From a virus (taxonomy: Duplodnaviria > Caudoviricetes), in the IMG/VR virus record IMGVR_UViG_3300037153_000467, positions 1 to 58,397 of that record: a stretch of DNA of 58,397 nt; one strand, 5' to 3'. Positions 8,061 through 16,973 of the stretch are shown in pieces (positions within the stretch are counted from its first letter, which is position 1; each line of letters begins with the position of its first letter). The translations under genes were made by a program, and so were the position numbers. The notes beneath the pieces are model-generated. The model was not told the DNA's origin and did no database searches. It saw nothing but the letters and a program-made list of their open reading frames with translations.

Positions 8061-8873
8061 GTGGCCATCATCTGCATCCCAGGCCGGCGCGATGACGGGA
8101 GCGACTCGGCGTGGTTCGACACCACAACGGGAACGCGGATCCGCCAGCCAGCCTGCATTAAGCGCGTTGCCGATAAGCTGCGCATGCGCGCCAACGGCTT
8201 CAAGAAGTGCTCTGGGAAGTTCAAGCTGGAGCCTCAGACGAAGTGGACGAACCACTGGGACCTGGCGCGCGCGGCCTGGAAGGCGCGCCAGCGCATCACC
8301 AAGCTTGTTGGGTTCGGCATCGACGAACAGCGCCGCGCCGACAAGGGCAACGAGTACCAGTGTGAGGCGTGGTACTCGCGCTATGCGGCCGGCGAGAGCG
8401 CCCGCAGCATCGCGCTGTCAGAGCTGCGGTCCGGCGAAGGATTCGATCGGATCCCTCGCCGGAACCCAGATGGGTCTTCGGCCCCGGATGCCGTCGTGCC
8501 GAGCAATCAGCTGCGCAACATGATACGCAAGGTCACCGAGGCGGTTCGGTACCAGAAGCGTTACCCGCTGATCGAGTTCAGCATGGACCGTGACGCCTGC
8601 ATCGCATCCATCGATCGGGCTGGAATCCGACGCCCTGGCAAGAGCGCCTGCTGGTTCTGCCCGTCTAGCCGCAAGCCCGAGATCCGCGCCCTACCCATCC
8701 CCCTTCGGCAACGGGCGCTCGCTATGGAGCGGAACGCGGCGAGTACCCTCACTTCGGTCAAGGGACTCGGCAGGAGCTTCAGCTGGGAGTCCTTCCTGGC
8801 CGGCGAATCCGCCCATCAGACGACGATCGAATTCCCGTGCGAGTGCACGGATGGAGACGACGATGCCGACTGA
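8061..8873 (+). CDS. PAPS-reductase-like phage protein, C-terminal part only
   Basis: CSGKFKLEP, VGFGIDEQRR, YPLIE and KSACWFCP motifs; no SxGxDS PP-loop. Confidence 0.65.
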   Translation: MAIICIPGRRDDGSDSAWFDTTTGTRIRQPACIKRVADKLRMRANGFKKCSGKFKLEPQTKWTNHWDLARAAWKARQRITKLVGFGIDEQRRADKGNEYQCEAWYSRYAAGESARSIALSELRSGEGFDRIPRRNPDGSSAPDAVVPSNQLRNMIRKVTEAVRYQKRYPLIEFSMDRDACIASIDRAGIRRPGKSACWFCPSSRKPEIRALPIPLRQRALAMERNAASTLTSVKGLGRSFSWESFLAGESAHQTTIEFPCECTDGDDDAD

Positions 8874-9123
8874 CCTCGAGCACCAGCTCGCCGCCTCGCT
8901 CCCCGGCAGGCCCACGGCCATGCACGACTACGTGCGGCTCAACCTCGCGCTGGACCGCGTGGCACGCGCGATCGCCTACCTCGACCAGGCCCGCGCCGAG
9001 CTCAGCGTCGCGGCGGGAGAGCAGCGCGCGGGCGTGGCACGGGCTGACGAGGCGCGGCTCGCGGCGCGGAGGATGTACGCCGACATAGAGGTCGCCATCC
9101 GCGCGACCGCGAGGGCGCTGTGA
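8863..9123 (+). CDS. Hypothetical protein (MPTDLEHQL...)
   Basis: GGAG RBS, ORF. Confidence 0.65.
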   Translation: MPTDLEHQLAASLPGRPTAMHDYVRLNLALDRVARAIAYLDQARAELSVAAGEQRAGVARADEARLAARRMYADIEVAIRATARAL

Positions 9124-9305
9124 ACCGCAACCAGCTCGCCGCCGCCGGCCGCGCAACGGTTGCGCTGACCTGTGGGGTATCTGACTTCGTGGTCCTCGGC
9201 TGGTTCGCCGGCTGGTGGCTCGCAGTAGGCGTCTACGTGGCGCTGGCTGCGTTGGCCGGCTGGTGGGCGTGGCGCACGCTGCCCTCGCGGATGATGCCGT
9301 GGTGA
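9120..9305 (+). CDS. Small two-TM membrane protein
   Basis: Two hydrophobic helices. Confidence 0.65.
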   Translation: MNRNQLAAAGRATVALTCGVSDFVVLGWFAGWWLAVGVYVALAALAGWWAWRTLPSRMMPW

Positions 9306-9559
9306 GCGCGCCACGGGCCATCTGGGCGTGGACCGCGCCTCCGCCAGCTGGCCGGCTGCGCCAGGTTTGGGTCGACGCGGACGGTCACCCGCTGGAGTTC
9401 GAGGTCGACGTGTCAGACCTCGTGCCACCTCAGGACATGGCTGACGGCAGCGGGCGCGGCGAGATCGAGTTCTCGGCCGTGCAGGTCGAGCTGCCGCGGA
9501 CCAGCACGCCGCCCATGGACGAGGTCACGCTGGCCGCGCTGCTCGCGAGGTGCCGCTGA
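9302..9559 (+). CDS. Hypothetical protein
   Basis: GTGA-coupled ORF. Confidence 0.6.
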   Translation: MSAPRAIWAWTAPPPAGRLRQVWVDADGHPLEFEVDVSDLVPPQDMADGSGRGEIEFSAVQVELPRTSTPPMDEVTLAALLARCR

Positions 9560-9725
9560 GCTCGGCCGCGCAGCGCTCGAGGCACCGCCGGCGCTCCCAC
9601 TCTGACACCGGCGCGAACGCGTACCGCTGGCTGTAGCCGAGCGCGCCCCACGCCGCTTCGAGAAGCTCACGATCGCCACGCTCGACCGCGCGGCGCTGGA
9701 CTTCGAGGATCTGGTCTGTCGTCAT
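9525..9725 (-). CDS. Hypothetical protein, 66 aa
   Basis: ORF. Confidence 0.55.
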   Translation of the reverse strand: MTTDQILEVQRRAVERGDRELLEAAWGALGYSQRYAFAPVSEWERRRCLERCAAELSGTSRAARPA

Positions 9726-9783
9726 ATCCCATGGGTCGGTAGCCCGCGCGCGGCGTTGAGATAGCGCTCGGGTAGCTGGTCGA

Positions 9784-10209
9784 TCACCGGCCGCGGCCCC
9801 GAGCTGACCGCCCGGTGCACCCGTCGCGCGTGATCACGCCGCCATGAAGGACGCACGGAACCGCCGGAGCCCCGACCGCAGCCAGGGCCTCGGCCAGGTC
9901 GAGCACGATGATCGGAGGCCGGCCGCCCGCCGCGAGCCACGCGCGCCACCATGCAACCTGCTGCGGCGTGAGCGATGCGGGGAGTTCGCCGTCGTGGTTG
10001 CGCCTGAACGGTGCGCGGGTCGCCTTGCCCTCGGCGCGATCCTTAACTTCGATCAGGTACAGCACGCCCGCGCGGCTGACCAGCAGGTCTGGCGCCGGCG
10101 GATCGAGCTGCTGCACCGCGCAGCCCGCCGCCTCGAGCGCCTCGATGATCGGTCCTTCGTTGGCATCGCGCCGCGCCGCGCGCACCGGAGCTCGACCGAA
10201 CCGCGTCAC
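9784..10209 (-). CDS. VRR-NUC-type PD-(D/E)XK nuclease / Holliday junction resolvase
   Basis: RRDANE...PDLLV...IEVK...LTPQQ motifs. Confidence 0.85.
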   Translation of the reverse strand: MTRFGRAPVRAARRDANEGPIIEALEAAGCAVQQLDPPAPDLLVSRAGVLYLIEVKDRAEGKATRAPFRRNHDGELPASLTPQQVAWWRAWLAAGGRPPIIVLDLAEALAAVGAPAVPCVLHGGVITRDGCTGRSARGRGR

Positions 10210-10823
10210 GGTGCACCGCCCAGCGCGAGCACGCCCTGGCCGAGGCGACGCGCAGCGATCTCGCAGTAGTGCTCGCTGATCTCGATCCCGATCGCACGGC
10301 GCCCGAGATGCTTCGCGGCGACCAGCGTGGTTCCGCTACCCATGAACGGATCCACGATCACGCCCGGTGATGCGAAGCTGAGCGTCCACGTCATCACGTG
10401 GAGTGGTTTCTGGTTCGGATGACCGACGCGCTCGTGGTTCGTTGCGCTGATCGATCGGGTCATGTGACGCGCGATGGCGTCTCGGCTTGACCAGCACATC
10501 TCAAGGCTCCCCATGGACGGGGGGGCGTCGGGCTTGAACCAGCAGAGCCAGCCACGCGACGGAGGCAGCGCGTAGTAGTTGCCGCCCCACACGAACGCCT
10601 CGGGGAAGCTGGCGGCGATCGCCGGCACCTCGGGTACGATCTCGCGATCCCAGTCCTCGGCTTGCTTGCCGGCGCGGCGCTGCCACTTCGTGGGCTGTCC
10701 TGCGAAATCGATCCCGTACGGCGGATCCGCCACCAGCACGTTGGCCGCGATGTTCGGCAGGATCTCCCGGCAGTCGCCGTGGTAGATCACGATCCCGTTG
10801 CCGTCGTCGTAGTACGGCGTCAC
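10206..10823 (-). CDS. DNA methyltransferase, N6A/N4C beta class
   Basis: GDC, DPPY, HPNQKP and DPFMGSGTT motifs. Confidence 0.93.
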   Translation of the reverse strand: MTPYYDDGNGIVIYHGDCREILPNIAANVLVADPPYGIDFAGQPTKWQRRAGKQAEDWDREIVPEVPAIAASFPEAFVWGGNYYALPPSRGWLCWFKPDAPPSMGSLEMCWSSRDAIARHMTRSISATNHERVGHPNQKPLHVMTWTLSFASPGVIVDPFMGSGTTLVAAKHLGRRAIGIEISEHYCEIAARRLGQGVLALGGAP

Positions 10824-10999
10824 CTGTCCTCCGGCTTCATCGTCGAGTGGTCCATCGCGAGCGCCCCGCAGCGCGCGCAGCGGTCGGGCTCGAGGTCCGG
10901 CGGGCGCCACGCCTCCTTGCCGGCGCGACGCTCGGGCGGCGGTGCGGGTGGCCGGCGCGAGAACTGGCCGCGTTCTCCATCGGCGCAGTATATCGCCAT
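10820..10999 (-). CDS. Small hypothetical protein (CARC...H)
   Basis: Coupled ORF. Confidence 0.55.
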   Translation of the reverse strand: MAIYCADGERGQFSRRPPAPPPERRAGKEAWRPPDLEPDRCARCGALAMDHSTMKPEDR

Positions 11000-11172
11000 C
11001 ACCCGCCCTCCGGGTAGAGCGCGTGGTCTCGCGCTCCGCGGCGCTCGCCTCGCTCGTACGCCCGCTGCACCGCGCGTAGCACCCACTCCGGCGGGTCGAA
11101 TGTGATCGGGTTGTCGACGTCGGACGTGCTGACGACGTCTCGGACGATGCGCACGAAGTCCTCGCGGGTCAC
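10999..11172 (-). CDS. Small hypothetical protein, 57 aa (VTREDFVRIVRDVV...)
   Basis: Hand-translated; fills the gap with coupled start and stop. Confidence 0.6.
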   Translation of the reverse strand: MTREDFVRIVRDVVSTSDVDNPITFDPPEWVLRAVQRAYERGERRGARDHALYPEGG

Positions 11173-11585
11173 TGGAACCCATCCGGCTCGTCGTTGGCAG
11201 CGTCCCCGCTGGCGAAGGCATCATCCGCCGGCGGCACGGCACACACCGCGCCCTTCTCGAGCAGTCGCCGCGTCTCACCGTAGAAGTCGCCATGCCCCCG
11301 CGTCACCCGCGCCAGTCTGCTCTCGAGCTCGCGGATCCGGGCGATCAGCGCGAGCGTCACAGGCGGGCTGTTCGCGGCGATGTGCTGTGCGCTGGCAATG
11401 CGTTGCTCGGCATTCCAACGCCTGGTGTCCGTTGCGTTGGACTTCCACTGCGCCAGTTCAAACTCGGTGCGAGTGTTGACGACAGCGCGCGCCTTCCGCT
11501 CGAGCTCGTCGAGGTCGAGCGCGACAGCCGGAGCGGCGACTGTGCCGCCACGGATGCGCGTGGGTTTGCCCTTCACGATCTTCAT
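11169..11585 (-). CDS. Ead/Ea22-like protein
   Basis: LDLDELER and HIAANSPPVTLALIARIRELE motifs. Confidence 0.75.
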   Translation of the reverse strand: MKIVKGKPTRIRGGTVAAPAVALDLDELERKARAVVNTRTEFELAQWKSNATDTRRWNAEQRIASAQHIAANSPPVTLALIARIRELESRLARVTRGHGDFYGETRRLLEKGAVCAVPPADDAFASGDAANDEPDGFQ

Positions 11586-11899
11586 TCGTCGTCTTCGTCG
11601 TCGTCGATGTCGCTCACCCGCTTCTCCTTCTTGACCTTGCACGTGCCGACGGTCTCCTTCGTGAAGAAGCGCCGCTCGACGCCGCCGAGATCCTCGTACA
11701 GATAGAACGCGAGGCCGTGCTCCTTGAGCAGCTCCTGCGCCTTGTCGCGCGCGGCCTTGACCAGCTGGCCTGCCTTCACGCGCTTGCCCTTGGCTTTCTC
11801 GAATTCCTCGAGCGCTTCGTCGAGTGCCTTGATCGCCTTCTGCGCCTCGCCCTCGTCGGGGCGACGCGTCCCTGCCAGCTCCTGTTGCTTGCGTGCCAT
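11582..11899 (-). CDS. Hypothetical charged protein with acidic tail, 105 aa
   Basis: ORF with RBS. Confidence 0.8.
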   Translation of the reverse strand: MARKQQELAGTRRPDEGEAQKAIKALDEALEEFEKAKGKRVKAGQLVKAARDKAQELLKEHGLAFYLYEDLGGVERRFFTKETVGTCKVKKEKRVSDIDDDEDDE

Positions 11900-11920
11900 G
11901 GTGTTCCCTTTCTGGTTCAG
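11900..11920. repeat. 21-bp direct repeat GGTGTTCCCTTTCTGGTTCAG; second copy at 12282-12302
   Basis: Exact match; contains the RBS on the minus strand. Confidence 0.85.
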
Positions 11921-12276
11921 GTCGTGGGGTGCGTCAGGCTGAGCGTCCAGCCATCGCGAGGTGCGGCGAGGTCGTTGGCCTTGCAGAACTCGTCGACCAG
12001 CGTGGCGATCGGGGCCGAGCTGTCGCTCGCCGACATCACGGTGCGCTCCGCGCGCGTCGTCAGCCAGCTGGCGAAACCATAGACCGCCTCGCTCGCGGTC
12101 AGCCGCGGGGCGCGCGGCCGGGATTCGATCGCATTAGCGAACCATCCCAGCATGAGCGCTTCGTCGATCGCGATTGCCGGATGTTCGGCCGTTTCGGCGA
12201 CTATCTCGCAGAATGCCTTGGCCCATTTCGCGGCGTTGTCGCCGCATTCTCTGATAATCTCGCTGCCTGTCTTCAT
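11917..12276 (-). CDS. Phage hypothetical protein (AAKWA...MLGWFANAIE)
   Basis: ORF flanked by the 21-bp repeats. Confidence 0.75.
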   Translation of the reverse strand: MKTGSEIIRECGDNAAKWAKAFCEIVAETAEHPAIAIDEALMLGWFANAIESRPRAPRLTASEAVYGFASWLTTRAERTVMSASDSSAPIATLVDEFCKANDLAAPRDGWTLSLTHPTT

Positions 12277-12298
12277 TGGCCGGTGTTCCCTTTCTGGT

Positions 12299-12493
12299 TC
12301 AGATCGATCTCTTGTAGACGGCAGCACACGCGGCGCAGCGCACTCCGTGCGTCGCCTGGCCGTGTGTGCCGCGCAGGTTCTCGTTGATGCAGGCGCCGGA
12401 TTCGGCATTGCGCGCGCGCCGCTTCTTGGACCACCCGCGCTGCACATCGCTGGTGCGCCGCTGGGCGTCGGATCTGATCCTGGTCTCGTTCAT
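12299..12493 (-). CDS. Small putative zinc-binding protein
   Basis: AGGAG RBS; C...H...CxxC. Confidence 0.65.
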   Translation of the reverse strand: MNETRIRSDAQRRTSDVQRGWSKKRRARNAESGACINENLRGTHGQATHGVRCAACAAVYKRSI

Positions 12494-12501
12494 GCCGTCT
12501 C

Positions 12502-12849
12502 CTATCCGGTTCGATCGTCGATGATTCCAACAAACCTGAGCCCATGCTCCGGGTCAGTGCAGCGCCCCTGCTGGTCGAGCATGCGCGGCCCGTCGCAGAC
12601 TACGCACCACGCCTCTGGCGTGGGCGCCACGTAGCCGAGCGCGTCCTCAATGCTCGGGCAGCTGGCTGTGAGCCAGTCGAGGTCGCGCGGCGGCGCGCCG
12701 GCGGACATCAGGATCCGCCGAACCTCATCGCGATCGACGCCCGGCATCGGTTGCTCGAGCGCTCGATGGGCCTGGCGTGGGGTCGGCTCGTCGAGGAAGA
12801 TCCCGACGCTCGCGAGCTGGCCGCGCAGGAACTTGCTATCGCAGCTCAC
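12502..12849 (-). CDS. Hypothetical protein with C-terminal CxxC...C..H
   Basis: GTGA-coupled ORF. Confidence 0.65.
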   Translation of the reverse strand: MSCDSKFLRGQLASVGIFLDEPTPRQAHRALEQPMPGVDRDEVRRILMSAGAPPRDLDWLTASCPSIEDALGYVAPTPEAWCVVCDGPRMLDQQGRCTDPEHGLRFVGIIDDRTG

Positions 12850-13424
12850 CGGTCTCCTCGCTTCAGCACCTGCTTGACGAGGTCGCCGATCGGCACCGCC
12901 TCTCCAGCCGCGAGTTCGGCCTGCTGCTGCGAGGCCTGCAGGGCCCGGAACCGCTGCATCGCCGGTAGCCCATCGCTCAGCTGGGCGCGCCGGTGCCGAA
13001 CCGCCAGCTGGTCGTAGGTCTCGATGAACCGCGCGCGATCCGCGACCGCGTTCTCCGACGAGCACAGCTCCTGCCAGGATAGCGCTCGCACGGTATTGGC
13101 GACCACAGGATCGTCGAAGTGAAAGTCAACGCCTGGCGTCCGCATGTAGCCGTACCGGCGGATCGCCTTGAGGACGTCGCCCCATGCTTCGCCGCCGTTG
13201 CGTGCCTCGCCGGCCGTGAGCGCGAGCACCGCATCGCGCACCTCGGCGACGGTCGGCAGCCGCTTGCTCGTCGCGATCAGCCGCTCTACCGCGGCGTTCG
13301 CTGCAGGGTAGTCGAGGTCGGCGAGCATGCGCTGATACGCCGCGATCGTACCCGCGTCGCCGCGCGCGGCGGGGAAAGACGCCGCGAGCACAGCGACGAG
13401 CTTGTGAACCTGGGCCTCGGTCAT
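12846..13424 (-). CDS. Replicative helicase loader/inhibitor, G39P-like
   Basis: LADLDY...PTVAEVR and EAWGDVLKAIRRYG motifs; follows the initiator gene. Confidence 0.8.
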   Translation of the reverse strand: MTEAQVHKLVAVLAASFPAARGDAGTIAAYQRMLADLDYPAANAAVERLIATSKRLPTVAEVRDAVLALTAGEARNGGEAWGDVLKAIRRYGYMRTPGVDFHFDDPVVANTVRALSWQELCSSENAVADRARFIETYDQLAVRHRRAQLSDGLPAMQRFRALQASQQQAELAAGEAVPIGDLVKQVLKRGDR

Positions 13425-14254
13425 GATTCCTTTCCGGCTCGCTCTCGAGCCTCGGCGTCGGCGAGCGCATCCATCGCATGCTCGAACAGGGTCTTCTTGG
13501 GGGGAGGATGCCCGTTTCGCATCCGGCCGTTCTCGTTCTCGATCCAGCCCGCGAACTTCTCGTTCCAGTTCAGGAACACAGCACCGGATGCTGTGTAGTG
13601 GCGCTTGAAGCGGCGAGCGAGAGCGTCGCAATCGACACCGGCTGCTATGGCTTGCTGGCGTTCCGCGGCCGCGGGCTGCCAGTCTTCCGGGATCCTGCTG
13701 CGACGCTTCTTGCGCTTCGACTGTGGTTCATGACGTGGCGCGTCTGGCTGTGCAGCGCCGAATCTCGGCGCGCCTAACTCGGGGTCCTGGTCGGGGTCGT
13801 TGGTCGGAGGTCGGAGGTCAGGCGCGAGACTCTCGCGAGACTCTCGCGAGGATTCCGCGAGACCGTCGCGAGGTTCCCGGGAATCTGTCGCAGGTGTCCG
13901 TATTGATACGGAATCCGTATCGTTGGGTCCGGGCATCCTGGGCTTCCCTGGCTTGTCGACCTTCTGGTGCTTAGACCAGCCGGTGATGTGGTAGTAGGTC
14001 TGACCTCTGACCGAGTAGCCGGACAGTAGCGAGACTGTCGCGAGGGTCTCGAGAGCTTTCGCGACATTCTCGCGAGACTCCCCGGTGGACCACAGCGTCT
14101 GCCCCATCACGTAGCCGGCGTCACCGCGCAGGTTGCCGTAGTCATCTGCGATCAGCCAAAGGCTCACGAACAGCCGCCACTCGAGATGCGAGAGCGCGGC
14201 GGTCTTCTCGTCGTCGAGGATCTCGGGCTTGATGCTGCGGATGCGACCCGCCAT
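13421..14254 (-). CDS. Phage replication initiator (replisome organizer)
   Basis: RIRSIKPE...LWLIADDYG N-terminus and WSKHQKVDKP; contains iterons. Confidence 0.85.
   Translation of the reverse strand: MAGRIRSIKPEILDDEKTAALSHLEWRLFVSLWLIADDYGNLRGDAGYVMGQTLWSTGESRENVAKALETLATVSLLSGYSVRGQTYYHITGWSKHQKVDKPGKPRMPGPNDTDSVSIRTPATDSREPRDGLAESSRESRESLAPDLRPPTNDPDQDPELGAPRFGAAQPDAPRHEPQSKRKKRRSRIPEDWQPAAAERQQAIAAGVDCDALARRFKRHYTASGAVFLNWNEKFAGWIENENGRMRNGHPPPKKTLFEHAMDALADAEARERAGKES
13822..13898. repeat. 11-bp tandem iterons (TCGCGAGACTC-like, 7 degenerate copies); putative origin
   Basis: Exact 11-bp periodicity inside the initiator gene; second cluster at about 14029-14080. Confidence 0.75.
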
Positions 14255-14700
14255 TATCGGCCCGCCGCGGTGGCGTGATGTCTCCCCTCGAACCACCGCT
14301 GCAGATAGAGCTCATCGAGATCGAGCAGCTTCATCGTGCAACGCCATGTATCCGCCGCGCAGCGCCCCGGGCTGTGGACGATCTCGCTGCCTGTGAATCG
14401 TATGGTGAACACCCCGAGGCACATCAGTTCTCGATCGCGAGCCCGGTCGTAAGCGGCCTGCTGCTTGGTCCGCTCGTGCCAGTCGTGGCCGTCGCACTCG
14501 ATGGCCATGTGGAACTGACCACCATCGATCTCGAGGAACAGGTCGACGCGATACTCGGCGATTTCGTGCTGTCGGTATAGGAGAACGGCGCGGTCGCCAT
14601 CCGCCGAACCGATTCGCTCGTCTCGGTAGTGAACGACCACACGAGGCGGAACGGTCTCCAGTATGCGCCGCAACAGCGCGTCCTCAATTGGACTCGCCAT
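14254..14700 (-). CDS. DUF559/Vsr-like endonuclease domain protein
   Basis: YRVDLF, IECDGHDWH, DRARDREL and RFTGSEI motifs. Confidence 0.88.
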   Translation of the reverse strand: MASPIEDALLRRILETVPPRVVVHYRDERIGSADGDRAVLLYRQHEIAEYRVDLFLEIDGGQFHMAIECDGHDWHERTKQQAAYDRARDRELMCLGVFTIRFTGSEIVHSPGRCAADTWRCTMKLLDLDELYLQRWFEGRHHATAAGR

Positions 14701-14867
14701 CACGCGGCCTTGCGCGTCTCGATCACTTCACGGCCGGCCATGCGGAGCCGGATCAGGGTCGAGACCGTGATGCCGGCGGCGGCGGCATCCCTCGACCACT
14801 CGGCGTAGGTCTCGTGGCTCACCCGCACACAGAGCTGCTTCTGACTGGACTGCTTGCGCTTGGGCAT
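14700..14867 (-). CDS. Ribbon-helix-helix DNA-binding protein
   Basis: QLCVRVS strand followed by AAAAGITVSTLIR helices; TTGACA upstream. Confidence 0.7.
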   Translation of the reverse strand: MPKRKQSSQKQLCVRVSHETYAEWSRDAAAAGITVSTLIRLRMAGREVIETRKAA

Positions 14868-14902
14868 GGTGTCGTGTGTATCCCACGCGCGTGCGAACGG
14901 TG

Positions 14903-15160
14903 TCAAGTCCCCGCGCGCCCAAGTCGCAACCGCTCCATCGCGCGAGCGTGCGCGGTCCCTCCGTCTCGGGCCCGGCGCGCGGCGCGTCCTGCGTGCTGGC
15001 CGTGTTGCCCGCTGGCGTGCCAGGACTTCCCGTGCTCGCCGCACGAGCACCGCCAGCGGTAGCTCAACTCGCCGGTCGGCTTGCCATCGGACCATGCCTG
15101 GACCTGGGTCTCGATGTCGACGAGGTGACGCTCGGCCTCGCTGCAGGTCGGACGAGCCAT
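14903..15160 (-). CDS. Hypothetical protein (WRCSCG)
   Basis: Coupled ORF. Confidence 0.6.
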   Translation of the reverse strand: MARPTCSEAERHLVDIETQVQAWSDGKPTGELSYRWRCSCGEHGKSWHASGQHGQHAGRAARRARDGGTAHARAMERLRLGRAGT

Positions 15161-15912
15161 CAGCCTGCCCCCAGCGCGAGCTCACCCTGCGATCGCGCCG
15201 AGTCCTGCCACCAGATCGCCTCGCCGGATCCCGCGGCGTTGAACCCATTGACGGAGCTGAACCGCAAGAACGGCAGCCACGTCGCCGACGGCGACTCGCA
15301 GACGATCCGCAGGCCTGCGCGGGCGCGGCACCACCGGCCGAGCGCCGCGTAGTCGAGGTGGTTGCTGCCGCAGGTGTAGCGGCGGCCAGCCTCGCCCTGA
15401 TAGGGCGCATCGATGAACCACGTGGCCTCGATGTCGGGCGCCGTGGTGTAGTCGCCCTCGATGACCCGCCAGTGCTTGATTGCGTCGACCTGCGCAGCGA
15501 CACGCTCGCGCAAGCCCTGCGTCCAGCCCTCGTTCATCCATCGCTCGCGCGCCTCGCGCCGCTTCAGGATGCCGGGGGACACGTGCGATGCGGGCTGCTG
15601 CCGGCCGGGGGCCAGGTTGAACCCGACGAGCCACCGCGCACCGTCCGGGACCCACGACGGCAGGTCAGCCACCGCGTCGACCGCCGGGATCGCGCGCACC
15701 TCGTCCGGCGACGCGCCGATCAGCCAGCGCCAGATCTCGGCGATGACGTGGTAGCGCTCGACGAGGATCACCTTACGATCCGGGTACCGCAGCGAGTAGC
15801 CCGCAGCACCCGCGAACGGCTCGATAATGGTCCGATGGCGCGGCTTCGGGTAGCGCGGCGCGATCCGCCACTTCGCGCCGTAGTAGCGCCAGAAGGGACG
15901 CAGCCCGGTCAC
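15160..15912 (-). CDS. Dam-like (D12 class) DNA adenine methyltransferase
   Basis: YYGAKW, EPFAGAAG and FIDAPY (DPPY variant) motifs. Confidence 0.88.
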   Translation of the reverse strand: MTGLRPFWRYYGAKWRIAPRYPKPRHRTIIEPFAGAAGYSLRYPDRKVILVERYHVIAEIWRWLIGASPDEVRAIPAVDAVADLPSWVPDGARWLVGFNLAPGRQQPASHVSPGILKRREARERWMNEGWTQGLRERVAAQVDAIKHWRVIEGDYTTAPDIEATWFIDAPYQGEAGRRYTCGSNHLDYAALGRWCRARAGLRIVCESPSATWLPFLRFSSVNGFNAAGSGEAIWWQDSARSQGELALGAG

Positions 15913-16256
15913 GCCCCACCACCCTCGAAGTCCCACTCCGGCACGGCCATGTCGTCGGGGTCGGTCATCTTGCCTCGCAGGTTCGCGGTCGGAGTGCGCG
16001 CCACCTCGATCCGCAGGTCGTCGTAGGGCTCGGGCTCGAGCGCCACCGCGGCGCCCGCTGTCCAGGCTCGGAGCTCGCGCTCGCACGCGGGGCACGCCAG
16101 CTCGCCGGGATGCTCGGTGGTCACGCACAGCGGCTCGTAGGGCAGGGCGCCCTCGTGCCCGTCGCCGGCGAGGCAGAGCGAGGCGACGCGCCCGCCCGGG
16201 ATAGCGCGGCGGAGCACGCACCAGCGCGAGCCGACCGCGAACCAGACGGCCAGCAT
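15909..16256 (-). CDS. Hypothetical Cys-containing protein
   Basis: Coupled ORF. Confidence 0.6.
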   Translation of the reverse strand: MLAVWFAVGSRWCVLRRAIPGGRVASLCLAGDGHEGALPYEPLCVTTEHPGELACPACERELRAWTAGAAVALEPEPYDDLRIEVARTPTANLRGKMTDPDDMAVPEWDFEGGGA

Positions 16257-16483
16257 CACCACAACTCCCGCCATTTCTTCGCCTCGGCGACCTCGTCGGC
16301 CGTCGCGATGCGCGTCGTGATCGTCCAGCCCTCCGCTCGCGCGCGAGCGGCGATCGCGTCGCATTGTTCCTGCGTCTCGCAGACCACCTCGCCGAGGCTA
16401 GCGCCCCTCCAGTGGCTGTGGTGCGCCTTGGCCGAGAGGAACGGTAGACCCCAGCCGGATAGTGCTAGACCGAGAATCCTCAT
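16256..16483 (-). CDS. Hypothetical protein, 75 aa
   Basis: Coupled ORF. Confidence 0.65.
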   Translation of the reverse strand: MRILGLALSGWGLPFLSAKAHHSHWRGASLGEVVCETQEQCDAIAARARAEGWTITTRIATADEVAEAKKWRELW

Positions 16484-16665
16484 GATGGTCGCTCTCCTCG
16501 TTCTGCACGACGGTACGATGCGAGCCGTGCATCCGCCTCGTCCTCGCTCAGGTTCGCGTCAACGATCGTCGCGAAGTTGCCACCCGCGAGCCGGAGGATG
16601 CCGAACCAGCGTCCGTCGCTCTGCGTGAACCGAAAGAACCGGCTGGCGGGCTTATCGACCTTCAC
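16480..16665 (-). CDS. Hypothetical protein, 61 aa
   Basis: GGAGG RBS, GTGA coupling. Confidence 0.65.
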   Translation of the reverse strand: MKVDKPASRFFRFTQSDGRWFGILRLAGGNFATIVDANLSEDEADARLASYRRAERGERPS

Positions 16666-16973
16666 CAGTGTTCCTCCGGCGCTGTGGAGCCGACGCCGCC
16701 AGCCTGGAGCAGCTGCCGCAGCGCGTTCATCAGGCTGCGCGGAACGACCTCGAGATGATCCGCGGTCGCCGCTGGCATCGCCACGAGGTCGCCCGAAGGC
16801 ACGAGCTTGCTGTAATGCGGCGCGACCATCTCGATCGTGGTCAGCCGCGCGCGGCATCCATCGGTCCGGCAGCGCCGGCGCCGGCGCAATGAGCCGCGGT
16901 TCGCGCGGGTCTCTATCACGCCGGTCTCGCCGCCGCAGCGCGGGCAGCGGATCCCGTCGCCGGGGGCGCTCAC
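16662..16973 (-). CDS. NrdR-like N-terminal zinc-ribbon protein
   Basis: CPRCG...VIETR...RRRRRC...C..RLTTIE. Confidence 0.8.
   Translation of the reverse strand: MSAPGDGIRCPRCGGETGVIETRANRGSLRRRRRCRTDGCRARLTTIEMVAPHYSKLVPSGDLVAMPAATADHLEVVPRSLMNALRQLLQAGGVGSTAPEEHW

Noticed and set aside
13822-13898. CRISPR-like or mini-array
   Set aside because: The 11-bp units are contiguous with no spacers and lie in the initiator gene, consistent with iterons.
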